From a virus (Duplodnaviria; Heunggongvirae; Uroviricota; Caudoviricetes): 64,000 nucleotides of DNA. The notes under the pieces were generated by a model. The model searched no databases. It worked only from the letters and a program-made list of their open reading frames with translations, and had not been told where the DNA came from. The position numbers were made by a program, and so were the translations under genes. The DNA lies in IMG/VR virus record IMGVR_UViG_3300012573_000004. One strand, 5' to 3'. This document shows, in pieces, positions 9,547 through 20,040 of the stretch (position 1 is the stretch's first letter; every line of letters starts with the position of its first letter).

Positions 9547-10452
9547 ATGTCTCATATGATTATCACTCGTGGTCTTCCAGCTTCTGGAAAAAGTACCTTT
9601 GCTGCACAATGGGTTGAACAGTCTCCTGATAACAGGGTAGAAATCAACAGGGATACAATGCGTGCTGCATGTGGATTTCCTCCCTTGGGAAGCAAAGAAC
9701 AAGAAAAGGCTATCACTGCATGCTGTGATGCTTTGATGGAAGAAGCAGCATCTCGTGGTGTTGATATCATTGTTTCTAATACTAATCTTCGCCTGCGTTA
9801 TGTAAAACAGCTCTACCGTTGGGCTTATAACCATAACTACACTGTAGAGGTGAAAGATTTTGTTGTTGATCTAGATGAACTTTTAAGGCGCAACAACAAC
9901 CGTGGAAATCCTGTTTCCAATGAGGTTGTAAAAGATCTCTACCATAGGTTCCCTTATAAGAACTGGGGTAGTATGGAAGATATTGAGCGATCTCTACGGG
10001 AAGATAAGACTTATCTACCTTATAACAATGATCCTTCCAACCCTACAGCTATCATTGTAGATATTGATGGTACTCTAGCTCACCATGATAAGGTAAGAAC
10101 TCCTTTTGAGTTTGACAAGGTAGCTTTTGATGAGGTGGATAATCCAGTAAAAGATGCTGTGTTGTCAGCTTACCAGTATGGCCATACCATTCTCGTGGTA
10201 TCAGGGCGATCTGATTCTTGCTATGAGGATACTGCACAGTGGCTAGACAAGCATGATATCCCTTATCATGATTTGTTTATGCGTTCTCGTGATGATAAGC
10301 GCAAAGACTGGATTGTCAAAGATGAGATCATTAGAACCCATATTCAAGATAACTACCATGTTGTCTATTGTCTTGATGATCGCAATCAGGTGGTAAATCA
10401 CAACCGTGCTATGGGGTATAAGGTATTTCAAGTACAACCTGGTGATTTTTAG
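9547..10452 (+). CDS. pseT: Polynucleotide 5'-kinase / 3'-phosphatase (T4 PseT-like)
   Basis: Walker A GLPASGKST kinase domain fused to a HAD phosphatase domain (DIDGTL, SGR, DDR..VV..R..G..VFQV..GDF). Confidence 0.92.
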   Translation: MSHMIITRGLPASGKSTFAAQWVEQSPDNRVEINRDTMRAACGFPPLGSKEQEKAITACCDALMEEAASRGVDIIVSNTNLRLRYVKQLYRWAYNHNYTVEVKDFVVDLDELLRRNNNRGNPVSNEVVKDLYHRFPYKNWGSMEDIERSLREDKTYLPYNNDPSNPTAIIVDIDGTLAHHDKVRTPFEFDKVAFDEVDNPVKDAVLSAYQYGHTILVVSGRSDSCYEDTAQWLDKHDIPYHDLFMRSRDDKRKDWIVKDEIIRTHIQDNYHVVYCLDDRNQVVNHNRAMGYKVFQVQPGDF

Positions 10453-10461
10453 ATCACCAAA

Positions 10462-10499
10462 GCAGCCTAAGGTTCTAGATACCCTAGGCTGCATTTTTT
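10462..10499 (+). terminator. Intrinsic terminator
   Basis: GCAGCCTAAGGT...ACCCTAGGCTGC followed by a T run. Confidence 0.7.
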
Positions 10500-10581
10500 C
10501 ATATGGGTGTTTTGTGTCCCTTTTTCTGGAAATCAAAAAAATGCATATCAACTTAAAAAGGTTAATATGCATTCTACTTTG

Positions 10582-10656
10582 TCGGGATGACAGGATTCGA
10601 ACCTGCGACCTCTTGTTCCCAAAACAAGTGCTCTACACAAACTGAGCTACATCCCG
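10582..10656 (-). tRNA. tRNA-Pro(TGG)
   Basis: Reverse complement reads CGGGATG...CTTGT-TTTGGGA-ACAAG...GGTTCGAATCC...CATCCCGA. Confidence 0.93.
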
Positions 10657-10724
10657 TTATTGTGCTTTCTTTGCACAAGGATTTTTATCCTAGCACAAAG
10701 AAAGATATTTTAGCAAATCTACTA

Positions 10725-11147
10725 CTATGTGATGTGAAGCACACCACAATCATCAATGATTTTCACCATTGCAGAAGCAACATTCAATGGGCTGTCTTCA
10801 GTGAAGTTGAAATTAAAACTATCATTGTGTTTTCCATCATGAATGAAAAGTGCAGCTTCACCAGAGTTGTAAAACTCTGCAGACCACAAGGTTTCACTAT
10901 CTTTATTAAATTTTGATATATCATCAAAGCAGGTAAGAACTACTCCTCCTGCTCCTGTGGGCACCATAATAGTATTATCAGCTGCTTTTCTTCTTATACC
11001 TTGCAAGAATATTCCTGTAGCATGCAAAGTATCACGGTTGATGGCTTCACCATAACCTCCACCAATCCAGTTGTCTTTTAACAGTGCTATTTTTCTTAGA
11101 TCTTTTCTGCTGGAATCTGAAATATCTAAACAATCAAAGAAATCCAT
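10725..11147 (-). CDS. Hypothetical protein, family E
   Basis: ALL.DNWIG.GYG..IN..TL shared with 13549-13962, which lies in the opposite orientation. Confidence 0.8.
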   Translation of the reverse strand: MDFFDCLDISDSSRKDLRKIALLKDNWIGGGYGEAINRDTLHATGIFLQGIRRKAADNTIMVPTGAGGVVLTCFDDISKFNKDSETLWSAEFYNSGEAALFIHDGKHNDSFNFNFTEDSPLNVASAMVKIIDDCGVLHIT

Positions 11148-11234
11148 TCTCTTTGTCCTCTCAATAGAGTTTTCATCTTGTATCTAGATATAAGTGTATC
11201 TAAGTCAAGTCTCAAATACAATAGCAAAGACATC

Positions 11235-11603
11235 TCACTGTGGAATGATATCTACTACCTCACCTGGAATGGTAGCTTGATGGATATAAGGAGTATCCAC
11301 TAAATCTTGTGGAATGATTGTGCAGTTATCAGGAAACTGTTGGAAAATCTCAAAAACTGTATAAAAAGTCTTTCCCTGAAAAGAATAACCCTTATCATTT
11401 CCCTGCTTTTGATAAGAAGACAGTTTTCTTACAATGTGATGGATATCTACACCAATATCGCCATCAATATCATGAGATACTTCTAGTGCAAAGTTATCTA
11501 AAACTTGGACAGTTTCACCTATATGAGGAATATCAACCTTGCATGCAATAGAACAAGGGTGATAGGTGGCATAAGAAAAGCTATTGTGTGTGATCTGTGT
11601 CAT
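11235..11603 (-). CDS. Hypothetical protein
   Basis: ORF with AAGGA RBS, same orientation as neighbours. Confidence 0.6.
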   Translation of the reverse strand: MTQITHNSFSYATYHPCSIACKVDIPHIGETVQVLDNFALEVSHDIDGDIGVDIHHIVRKLSSYQKQGNDKGYSFQGKTFYTVFEIFQQFPDNCTIIPQDLVDTPYIHQATIPGEVVDIIPQ

Positions 11604-11693
11604 AATATGTCCTTTAATAAAAAAGATATTTTCCTTTCTTGCTTAATACCAATCATAACAAAAAAGGGAAACATCTTCTACTGTTTTTTTCAC

Positions 11694-12473
11694 CTACTCT
11701 TCATGTGAAGAATGAATATCTTCATTATCACTAAACCAATGATCGCGGCGTACTTCCTTTAATGCTTCCAAAAGTGAAACACAACCATCAGTATTTCCAT
11801 TAAAGGTATAATGGCTAGTAATAACTTCAGTTTTCACCTTGTATTTTCCTGGGGCTGGGGAATAAATTCCACAGAAATCATCCTCGCAGGTTTCTTCACT
11901 TCTGTCCACTGGAATATAAATATCATAGATACCTTTCTTCCCCTCTAGTAGGCTATGAGCAACACGAAGATAATCATCTAGGTTATGTGCAAGCTTTTCT
12001 AGCTTGTCATCACTTTCAGAAGCGTCTAGATGAATAGTAGGAGTTGCAAACTTAACTTCTGACTCTTCCAGTCTTCCCTTTTCGCTATACCAAAAAAACA
12101 AGCTATGTGGCCATGTAAGATCAGCAAAAATGTCCTTAAAGCTATCATCAACAGCATTAGATACAGGGTAAAACTCATTGTGATAAAAGAAGTTCTTGGA
12201 ATCTTCCTGGTACATACAATCCATTACAATGGTAAAAAGTTCTTTATCTTTATACCACTGTGGGGTATTAGAAATAGCTTCAGCAACAACCTCATGCTTT
12301 GCTTTAAGCTTCTTGGACACTTCCTTGTTGAGAATGTCTAGTGGCTTCTCATAAAGCTTTTCAACAGCGTTGAGCTGAACTCTCCTTGCTTCAATATGAT
12401 CATGATAGATTTCCCATGCTTTGTCATGATCACTATATGCATTGTTGATATTTTCTAGATACTTGTTAGACAT
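11694..12473 (-). CDS. Hypothetical protein, family D
   Basis: Start reassigned to MSNKYLE (AAGGAG RBS); tandem paralog of 12543-13310 sharing DDKLEKLAHNLDDY. Confidence 0.8.
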   Translation of the reverse strand: MSNKYLENINNAYSDHDKAWEIYHDHIEARRVQLNAVEKLYEKPLDILNKEVSKKLKAKHEVVAEAISNTPQWYKDKELFTIVMDCMYQEDSKNFFYHNEFYPVSNAVDDSFKDIFADLTWPHSLFFWYSEKGRLEESEVKFATPTIHLDASESDDKLEKLAHNLDDYLRVAHSLLEGKKGIYDIYIPVDRSEETCEDDFCGIYSPAPGKYKVKTEVITSHYTFNGNTDGCVSLLEALKEVRRDHWFSDNEDIHSSHEE

Positions 12474-12542
12474 GGATAGGTTCTCCTTGAAAATAGATGG
12501 TGTGTGTTCTTCTTCCATCTTAGATGATAGAGAAGAGCATGT

Positions 12543-13310
12543 CTACTGAAAACTCTCCTTGTATCCATACCAATAGTTGCGGCGAACTTCCCGAAGAAGC
12601 TCTAGAAGTGAAACACAACCTACATAGTCCACACACTGCTTTTCATCATTGACAGCAACATCCATGGTGTATTGTCCAGGTTCAGGAGAAAAGACAGTGC
12701 TATAAAAGCTCTCATGATGAGGATTGAAGCAGTGATCAACCTTAAAGCGTACCTCTTCCTTAATACCTTCCTTGCTTGCTTGTGCAGAGTTAGCACGAGC
12801 AGAATGGATACTGTTGATGTAGTCATCTAGGTTGTGTGCAAGCTTTTCTAGCTTGTCATCACTATCAGAAGCATTAATGTGAACATCAGGAATAGGAGCA
12901 TTGCGTCCATCCCCCATATCATTCCAGTATACATTTGCGGTATTCCAGGTCATCTCTTCAAAAATGTCCTCAAAGCTACCATTCATAGCATTGGTAGCAT
13001 GCAACTCATTTTCTTTCTTGTAGGAATAAGGCATGACTGCTTCTTGGTGAACACAGTCCATAGCAGGAATGAAGATTTCTTCTACCTTGTACCACTGCGG
13101 GGTATTCTCAATAGCTGTAGCAATGGCCTTGCTTTTTGCTTCTAGTACTTCCCACATTTTCTCTTTGTTAGAGGAGAAAATATCATCATAGAACTTGTTG
13201 ATTTCTACAATCTTTTTCTTTTTCTCTTCCACATAGTCATAGTGGGTTTTCTCAGCATTAATATAGTCTTGCTGTGCTTTCTTGATGTCTTCTAAATACT
13301 TATTAGCCAT
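12543..13310 (-). CDS. Hypothetical protein, family D
   Basis: MANKYLE start, NTPQWYK, DDKLEKLAHNLDDY, GCVSLLE. Confidence 0.8.
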   Translation of the reverse strand: MANKYLEDIKKAQQDYINAEKTHYDYVEEKKKKIVEINKFYDDIFSSNKEKMWEVLEAKSKAIATAIENTPQWYKVEEIFIPAMDCVHQEAVMPYSYKKENELHATNAMNGSFEDIFEEMTWNTANVYWNDMGDGRNAPIPDVHINASDSDDKLEKLAHNLDDYINSIHSARANSAQASKEGIKEEVRFKVDHCFNPHHESFYSTVFSPEPGQYTMDVAVNDEKQCVDYVGCVSLLELLREVRRNYWYGYKESFQ

Positions 13311-13548
13311 GGATAAGTTCTCCTTGAAAAATAGATGGTGTGTTGTTGTGATTTATATAGTATATGCATGTATTCTTTTTGTCTAGTTTTTCACCCTATA
13401 TGGGGGTGGCACTTATTTGTGTCCCTTTTGTGTGGGTATATCAACCACGTTTTTTAATAGGTGTTTTCTAGATATAGAAGAAAGTTAATCAAATGATACA
13501 ATGATAACCACAAGAGAAAAACATTCTTAACACAGGAGGAAATACAAC

Positions 13549-13962
13549 ATGGGATTTGTTGATTCTTTCAATATTTCTAATGACAAAAAAGAAACACTTA
13601 AGGAACTAGCACTTCTAGAAGATAACTGGATTGGGGATGGCTATGGAACAACCATCAATGATGACACTTTGAAAGCTGCAGGGTTTTTCTTGCAAGAGCT
13701 AGGAGAAAAAGCAGCTGAAAATACTCTTTTGACTCCTATGAGTTCAGGTGGGGTTGTTGCTACTCATTTTGAAGACATAACAAACATCAAAGATAGTAAT
13801 GTGACATGGAGCATAGATTTCTACAATGACGGTGAGGTTATCCTCTTCTTACATGGAAGCCATGATAAAAAAATCAACTTTGATTTCACCCAAGATGATT
13901 CCCATAGCATTGCTTCAGCAATGGTGAAAGTCATTGATGATCACAATATGTTAAATGATTAA
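13549..13962 (+). CDS. Hypothetical protein, family E
   Basis: AGGAGG RBS; paralog of 10725-11147. Confidence 0.8.
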   Translation: MGFVDSFNISNDKKETLKELALLEDNWIGDGYGTTINDDTLKAAGFFLQELGEKAAENTLLTPMSSGGVVATHFEDITNIKDSNVTWSIDFYNDGEVILFLHGSHDKKINFDFTQDDSHSIASAMVKVIDDHNMLND

Positions 13963-14056
13963 ATACAAAACAGCTTTTCAAAAACCCTCCACTTGCACAT
14001 CAATATGTGTTAAGCAGTGGAGGGTTTTTGTTTTATCTTTTGGTGATTATATCCTC

Positions 14057-14524
14057 TTATGGCTGTGGTTTCTTATCAAGAAACTCCTGTGCAATATCTT
14101 GTGCATTGCACTCATCTAGGATATCTATGAGCTCTACATCATCTTCATCATGCACCTGGTAGTCATCAGAACCAGTATCCTTCAAAGTTTTGAAGGTAAT
14201 ACCATAGAAATCCTCAATAGTAGCTCCACCAAAAAGAATGGTATCTACTATGTGAGTGGAAGATACAATCTCATCATTTTCTTCAGCCTTATTCATCATC
14301 ACCTTCCAGCGGGCAATGACTTCTTCCAGCTCACCTTGTGGAGGGTTGCTATCTACATCATAATCCATAATGATGACATTATCGTCAGAAAATACTCCCC
14401 CAGTAGCTTCAATATCTTCAATGATTTGCTCTTCCCAAATATCACTTGAAGACCATACTTGCTGTGCAATGAACAGGTAAATAGCCTTGTTCTTGCTCAT
14501 GGTGAAAGCGTGGTTATAAGACAT
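14057..14524 (-). CDS. Hypothetical acidic protein, family C
   Basis: Start reassigned to MSYNHAF; SDIWE.QI.EDIEATGG shared with 14742. Confidence 0.8.
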   Translation of the reverse strand: MSYNHAFTMSKNKAIYLFIAQQVWSSSDIWEEQIIEDIEATGGVFSDDNVIIMDYDVDSNPPQGELEEVIARWKVMMNKAEENDEIVSSTHIVDTILFGGATIEDFYGITFKTLKDTGSDDYQVHDEDDVELIDILDECNAQDIAQEFLDKKPQP

Positions 14525-14529
14525 GATGT

Positions 14530-14637
14530 GTTCTCCTTGTATGTGGTGTGGTGTTTTCCTTGTGAACAACTTCTACTGTAGTGGGTGATTAGTGGGTGGT
14601 CAAGCAGAAGGGGTATGTGATACCCCATATAAGGGGT
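14530..14637 (-). promoter_or_regulatory. Conserved promoter module
   Basis: ACCCCTTATATGGGGT box, TTGACC-17-TACAGT, leader, AAGGAG. Confidence 0.8.
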
Positions 14638-14741
14638 AATCTTACCTGTGTCCCTTCCTCCACATCCTACCTTTTAATATAAAACAACCTTCCTGCATGC
14701 AACTTCATGCACACAGAAAGGTTGCTCTCCTTTGTCAATCC

Positions 14742-15203
14742 TTAGCTTTCAAGGATATTTTGCGTAATCTCCACATAATCAACAGCTTCTAGAACATCCA
14801 CAACCTCTACATCATCTTCACCATGAACCTCATAATCATAAGATCCAGTATCTTTCTCAGTGCGGAATACAACACCATGAAAATCAGTAATGCTTGCTCC
14901 ATTAAAAAGAATGTTGTCAATCATTTCAGTAGAAGTGATAATGTCATCACTGTCATTCATCTTCTCCATCATTTTCTTCCACTGGGAAACAACTTCTTCC
15001 ACACCATCTTGATCAAACTGAGCATTAACATCAAAATCAAGATAAATGTAGTTGTCATCAGAAAACTTACCACCAGTTGCTTCAATATCTTCTACAATCT
15101 GATCTTCCCAAATATCACTCATCAAGAAGATCTCTTGTGCAGCATAGAGATAAGCAATCTCATTGTGGCTAAGCTTATTGGCAATCTCTTGTGCAGTAGT
15201 CAT
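14742..15203 (-). CDS. Hypothetical acidic protein, family C
   Basis: Start reassigned to MTTAQEI after AAGGAG; tandem paralog of 14057. Confidence 0.8.
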   Translation of the reverse strand: MTTAQEIANKLSHNEIAYLYAAQEIFLMSDIWEDQIVEDIEATGGKFSDDNYIYLDFDVNAQFDQDGVEEVVSQWKKMMEKMNDSDDIITSTEMIDNILFNGASITDFHGVVFRTEKDTGSYDYEVHGEDDVEVVDVLEAVDYVEITQNILES

Positions 15204-15207
15204 GGTA

Positions 15208-15316
15208 TTTTCTCCTTGTGATGTGGTGTTTTCCTCTTGAATAACTTCTATATTAGTGGGTGGCTGAGAAGTGAGCAAGTTGTGTGGGTGTGAAAACACC
15301 CCTGAAATGGGGGGGT
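15208..15316 (-). promoter_or_regulatory. Conserved promoter module
   Basis: CCCCATTTCAGGGGT box, TTGCTC-17-TAATAT, ATTCAAGAGGAAAACACCAC leader. Confidence 0.75.
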
Positions 15317-15557
15317 GTTCAAATTGGCATAGTTTTAAAATCACTGGTAATATTAGCAGAACATAGCACTTCCATAAATACCATGTACCTTGTTTGGATA
15401 CAAATGTAGCCCCAGTCACATCACAACTGTGAGAGGTGCAGTCACATACACTATGGCAGAGGTGTACTGAAGGTTGAATACCTAAATCTAGGGCGTACAA
15501 AAATCATTATACACAGCACATGTGCTTAATGCAAGACCTCTTAATGAGGGTATAGTT

Positions 15558-16397
15558 TTAAAATCCTAAAACTACAAAAGAAGCAAACAAAACAGAAGAA
15601 GAAATAACAGCTTTCTTTACCAGCTTTTCATTGTGATACCACTTGTCTTTTCCTGTACTAGAAGACTGTGAGCTGATAGTAAAGCTTCTTAGATTATTGG
15701 AAACAATATTTTTTACTATGCTATCTTCTTCTTTATTTTCCTCAAAAGAGGTGGAAAATCCATAAAACCTCCCACCCAAAGAAGCAGTATAGACTCCTAT
15801 GAAACCCTTTCCAGGAATCCACACAGGTCCTCCAGAATCACCTTTTTCACCTTGCACATGAGAATCTCCCACAATAAGATTTCCTATAGTTGCACTTACA
15901 TGACCACAGTTGATTTTTCCTTGTCTTCTGCTGTACATGCACATTTCATCACCTTCTTCAACATCAGAAATGCTCACCCTACGATCACCAGAATACTTAT
16001 TATCACCTAGAAAAACATGCTTAGTATCAACCTTTATAACATTGAAATCTTCGCTCATTTTTTGTGGGTGAAGTGCTCCAAAAGAGTTAGGCTTGTCATA
16101 GCGTGATGTAATAGTACCAATGAAATACCCTTCACCATCATGCACTTGTGAAGTCTCCCCGGAAACAGCACAGTGCTCTGCTAGATAAGCTAGACCTTGT
16201 TCTTTGTCAATATATCCCACAGTGCAAGTTTTTCTTTTATCAATGAAAACTTTATCCCCTTGAGACAAAACAGGAATATCCTGAAATACTCCCCTGCCAT
16301 AGTTTCTTGCAGGTGTATCTTCTGCTATAGCATGAGGAGAGGTTAAAAGAGAAGCTATGGTGATAAAAGCTAAAAAGAACTTCTGCTTGATATTCAT
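15558..16397 (-). CDS. Secreted trypsin-like serine protease (S1 family)
   Basis: Signal peptide ending AIA-ED, CTVGYID, AEHC (catalytic His), GDSGGP (catalytic Ser), C-terminal hydrophobic anchor. Confidence 0.82.
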   Translation of the reverse strand: MNIKQKFFLAFITIASLLTSPHAIAEDTPARNYGRGVFQDIPVLSQGDKVFIDKRKTCTVGYIDKEQGLAYLAEHCAVSGETSQVHDGEGYFIGTITSRYDKPNSFGALHPQKMSEDFNVIKVDTKHVFLGDNKYSGDRRVSISDVEEGDEMCMYSRRQGKINCGHVSATIGNLIVGDSHVQGEKGDSGGPVWIPGKGFIGVYTASLGGRFYGFSTSFEENKEEDSIVKNIVSNNLRSFTISSQSSSTGKDKWYHNEKLVKKAVISSSVLFASFVVLGF

Positions 16398-16613
16398 GGT
16401 GATATGATTAGTTTCCTTGATTGTTTTTCTTTGAAGATGGCTGTTTTTCATCACAACACTACCACAAGGGAATATAAGAAAACAATCTTATCTGCAGGAA
16501 TCATACAGTGTGGTTATTTGTGTCCCTTTTTGAAAACCACCATCCACACAAGAAACCCCCCTTGAACTTTGCACAAAACAAAGACAAGGGGAAGTCTCAG
16601 AGCAGCAAAGATA

Positions 16614-17099
16614 CTACTTGCTGTACTTGATATCAAAGACTTCTACTACAGTGCTGTTAGTATTGTTATCAAAACGGACAACAAATAGTGGATTTCCCTT
16701 GATGCTGTCATTGGAGTAGACAACACCAATCACAGAGCTGTTTTCCAGGTTATTTACTTCATAGTAGACATTTTGTACCATGGAAAATAGTTCAGGGGTA
16801 AAGTCAAAGAACGGTGCTGGAGTCTTAGAATCATCATCAGACTGCATGAGATGGAAGATGGAGTGGAAATCCTCATTGTTCTTATAAGAATCTTCAAAAT
16901 CACCAGTAGGTTCAGCTAGTACCCAGGCACCCAACTCATTGAGGGTAGTAGCAACAACAGGATGATCTCCATTGTTCAAAGTAACAGTAGGGTCAATCTG
17001 GAAAATGTGTGCAGTCATATCAGCAACCTTGGCATTGTCAGAAGAGTTAATCTTCTCTACCTGCTGTGCAACGCTGGGAAAAAACCTGAGCGTAGTCAA
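16614..17099 (-). pseudogene. 5'-truncated hypothetical gene abutting an IS right end
   Basis: ORF begins with TTG directly at the IS right end; no RBS; its presumed promoter box lies beyond the IS at 18596-18635. Confidence 0.5.
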
Positions 17100-17100
17100 T

Positions 17101-18595
17101 ATGAACTACCAACTCACCAAAGATGAGTTGGTTTCCTGCTTCATCAAAAACCACTTACTATTCTGAGCAATGTCTATGACATTGAAATGAATAGCAGAGG
17201 TAGTCTCCTCCACAGGCGCTATCCCCAGTCCCTGGGGTGAGTCTATTTTATACCTCACATCATGTGTAGCAAAACGCACCATATTTTTAGCAGCATGAAC
17301 ATCTCTATCATCACTATATCCACAGTGAGAACAGAAATAAACCCTTTCATCTAACTGATGTTTATTTTTAGCTCCACAAACACATGTTTGGGTAGTAGCA
17401 TGATGTTTTCCAATCATGGTAGCCCAGTCTTTTTCTTTGAGCAAAGATTTTACTCTTCCCAGTATTCCATACTGAATTTTCTTTCCACCTTTGACATAGC
17501 AAGTTTTCCTCTTCCAAGAAGAAATCATTTCATCCTGGAAGAAGACATGCTCAAAGTGAGACAAATCACTAACAAGCTTATAAGCCATGTCTTTTTTCTT
17601 ATTGGTTAGATGTTGTTCTATCTTCTTTATTTCATTGAGAGTTTTAACATAGTTGTTAGATCCCTTGTGTTGTCTGCTAAGTTTTCTTCTTAGCTTTTTT
17701 AAGCGATCAGGTTCTTCAACATAGAAATCAAACTTCTCACCATCACTTAAAGTGATAGAAGTTTTCAACCCCATATCTATTCCTACATAAGTATCTTTGA
17801 CAAATACTCTTTCTGTGTCTTTAGCACTATATGCAGTAATATGAATATAATAACCATCAGATTTATGAACAAGACGAGCAGTAGAGAAATCAACAGTCTC
17901 AGGAAGCTGTTTTAAACCATTAATACGCAACCATCCCACTTTTTGAACATGAACACGGTTGTTTTTGGTATCTACACGGTAAGTATTTCCATGTTCTTTA
18001 AGACCAATAGAAGATACTTCCTTGCATGGTTTCAATCTTCCAACTTTGTGTCCATTCTTTTTTAATGCAGAAAGACCTTTAATATCATCTTTCATAGAAG
18101 AAATGATTGATTGCTTCATATGAGAACCCAATGTTTTTAGATCACGAGTTTCTATTGACTTATCTTTCATGACAACCTCAGCTTTCTTTAATGAATGAGG
18201 TTTATTACTGAAAATAAGATTGTGAGAAAGAACATGATTCTTAAACCATTTTGCTTCTAGAAAAAGACGAGTGATCTTTTCATCCAAAGTAGGATTTTTC
18301 TTCAAAAATGTAGGATCTACTTTAACAATGTAAGTAGCACAATGCATTGTAGATCTACGTTTTCTTGTTTCCTTGATTGCTTTTTTAATGCGATCTTTGG
18401 TTTCTTGAGAATGCTGTTCAATAGACATAATGGTACGTTTCACCTCCTTCCTTTTGTGAGGATAGACTGTATTTAAAGTTTTGTATTTGAAGATGTTATC
18501 TTCTTGAATATACTATATCACATGACAAAAATATATGCATAGATCACCTGTCTTGCTCACACACTCAAATATCCGTGGGTAAGACAGGTTGTTGC
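17101..18595 (-). mobile_element. IS200/IS605-family tnpB-only (IS1341-like) element
   Basis: Right end CCAACTCA-TCTTTGG-TGAGTTGG then TAGTTCAT; left-end hairpin ACCTGTCTT...AAGACAGGT (18546-18589); no tnpA; left boundary approximate. Confidence 0.8.
17106..18428 (-). CDS. tnpB: TnpB RNA-guided nuclease family protein
   Basis: RuvC-I GIDMG, RuvC-II region FQDE, zinc finger CVC...CSHC, RuvC-III DRDVHAA. Confidence 0.9.
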   Translation of the reverse strand: MSIEQHSQETKDRIKKAIKETRKRRSTMHCATYIVKVDPTFLKKNPTLDEKITRLFLEAKWFKNHVLSHNLIFSNKPHSLKKAEVVMKDKSIETRDLKTLGSHMKQSIISSMKDDIKGLSALKKNGHKVGRLKPCKEVSSIGLKEHGNTYRVDTKNNRVHVQKVGWLRINGLKQLPETVDFSTARLVHKSDGYYIHITAYSAKDTERVFVKDTYVGIDMGLKTSITLSDGEKFDFYVEEPDRLKKLRRKLSRQHKGSNNYVKTLNEIKKIEQHLTNKKKDMAYKLVSDLSHFEHVFFQDEMISSWKRKTCYVKGGKKIQYGILGRVKSLLKEKDWATMIGKHHATTQTCVCGAKNKHQLDERVYFCSHCGYSDDRDVHAAKNMVRFATHDVRYKIDSPQGLGIAPVEETTSAIHFNVIDIAQNSKWFLMKQETNSSLVSW

Positions 18596-19062
18596 TAGTC
18601 AATCTGTATGGGTGTGGGAATACCCCTATATGGGTGGGTCTTGTTTTAATAGAGGGAATGTAGTACATTTTAAACAGCTGTAAGTGGAATAGTTATTTTG
18701 TGTCCCTTTTAAATATTACTTTCCTTGCTTGAAAAAACAACATTATCAAACGTATACAGAAATATATAAAAACAAATGAACACAATCACTATCATTACAA
18801 CATAGTCAAACACATAACCACACAACCAAACATAGAAACAAACATATAACCACATTCCTCTTCCACAATGCTTTCTAAGAGGTTAAAAAAATCTTTTATG
18901 ACATATCTATCCTTGCTTCCCTTTTCTCCCTCCAGAAGCACTCAGAAGCATCAAAAACACCCCTCACTACACCTATGTTCATTGACATGATTCTATTTTT
19001 GCACTAAGATGACAATAGAAAAGAAAAAACACATTACACCATCACTTTTAAGGAGAATGACA

Positions 19063-19731
19063 ATGTATATTGAAAACTACACCACTCAACATGATGACAA
19101 AGGAGTAGAGCATATCTACACCACCCCAGAGAAAAATGATAAGAAGTCTATTGCCACACTTCTTGATGAAGATATCTATTCTCTGGCACTATTTATCAAA
19201 AATGCTCACAACCCACAAACTCTACAGTTTTACTGGAAAGAAATCCCTAAAGCTAAAATAAGTCACCTAGACTATTTTGTCTATGGATCTGTTCTTCTTA
19301 CTGCTTTTGCTGAAAATAAAAACACCCCATACAGCATTGCTGAAAAAGTGCTTGCAGGAAACCCCTCCCAATATGGAGATATATGGATGGATATTGAACC
19401 TGATATCAAGGATAAGTTTTTAAAGCTTCCTTGTGTAGATGAAAAGCTAAAGCACAAATATCATGCTAAAAAAGCTCGTTATTCTCAGCAAGACTTCAAT
19501 GATGTCTATGACAACCTAGCTAAGGCACATGTTGCTCTTGCCAATGATCCAGAACTAAAAAATAGACTACGTAGTGTAAAAGAACAGCACTATGCACGAG
19601 GTATGCGTTTAATGCAGTTTGATCCAGAAGATGTTGAAGCTGTAGGTTTGGAATACTTACATCGCTACCATATTCATCTCTTTGGAGCACAATACCGTGG
19701 AAATGGTGAAGTAGTAGGATACATTGACTAG
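19063..19731 (+). CDS. Hypothetical protein
   Basis: Start reassigned to MYIENY after AAGGAG; terminator at about 19757-19803. Confidence 0.7.
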   Translation: MYIENYTTQHDDKGVEHIYTTPEKNDKKSIATLLDEDIYSLALFIKNAHNPQTLQFYWKEIPKAKISHLDYFVYGSVLLTAFAENKNTPYSIAEKVLAGNPSQYGDIWMDIEPDIKDKFLKLPCVDEKLKHKYHAKKARYSQQDFNDVYDNLAKAHVALANDPELKNRLRSVKEQHYARGMRLMQFDPEDVEAVGLEYLHRYHIHLFGAQYRGNGEVVGYID

Positions 19732-19845
19732 ATGATTTTCCATCTTCTAGATAAAAAAGAACTTCCCTTAAGTAGCATGTAGTGCTTAGGGGAAGTTCTT
19801 TTTTATACAGGTATATTTTTATGTCCCTTTTTGGGATAAAGAAAT

Positions 19846-20040
19846 AAAAAACTCTATGACATTCCCTTGTTGAAAAAGAACATCATAGAGTTTTTCCTAT
19901 ATTCAGTTATAAGTAATAAAAGACAGCCACTAGTTATTCCTTGCCAGTAGCATATTCAGGAAAAGTAAGTGGAAGAAGTGCTGATCATAGATGATGACAC
20001 ATCTATGATGGGCAACAATCTTGACTTCTGCCTTTGCAAG
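19846..20040 (-). ncRNA. Candidate multi-hairpin sRNA
   Basis: TTGCAA-18-TGtTATAGT promoter, three hairpins, terminator AAAACTCTATGA...TCATAGAGTTTT; no RBS-led ORF. Confidence 0.4.

Noticed and set aside
14742..15500. Long N-terminal extensions in the ORF track containing EVIQEENTT-like peptides (also 3600, 49551, 57906, 54430)
   Set aside because: These are translations of the conserved promoter/leader DNA; true starts follow the AAGGAG SD
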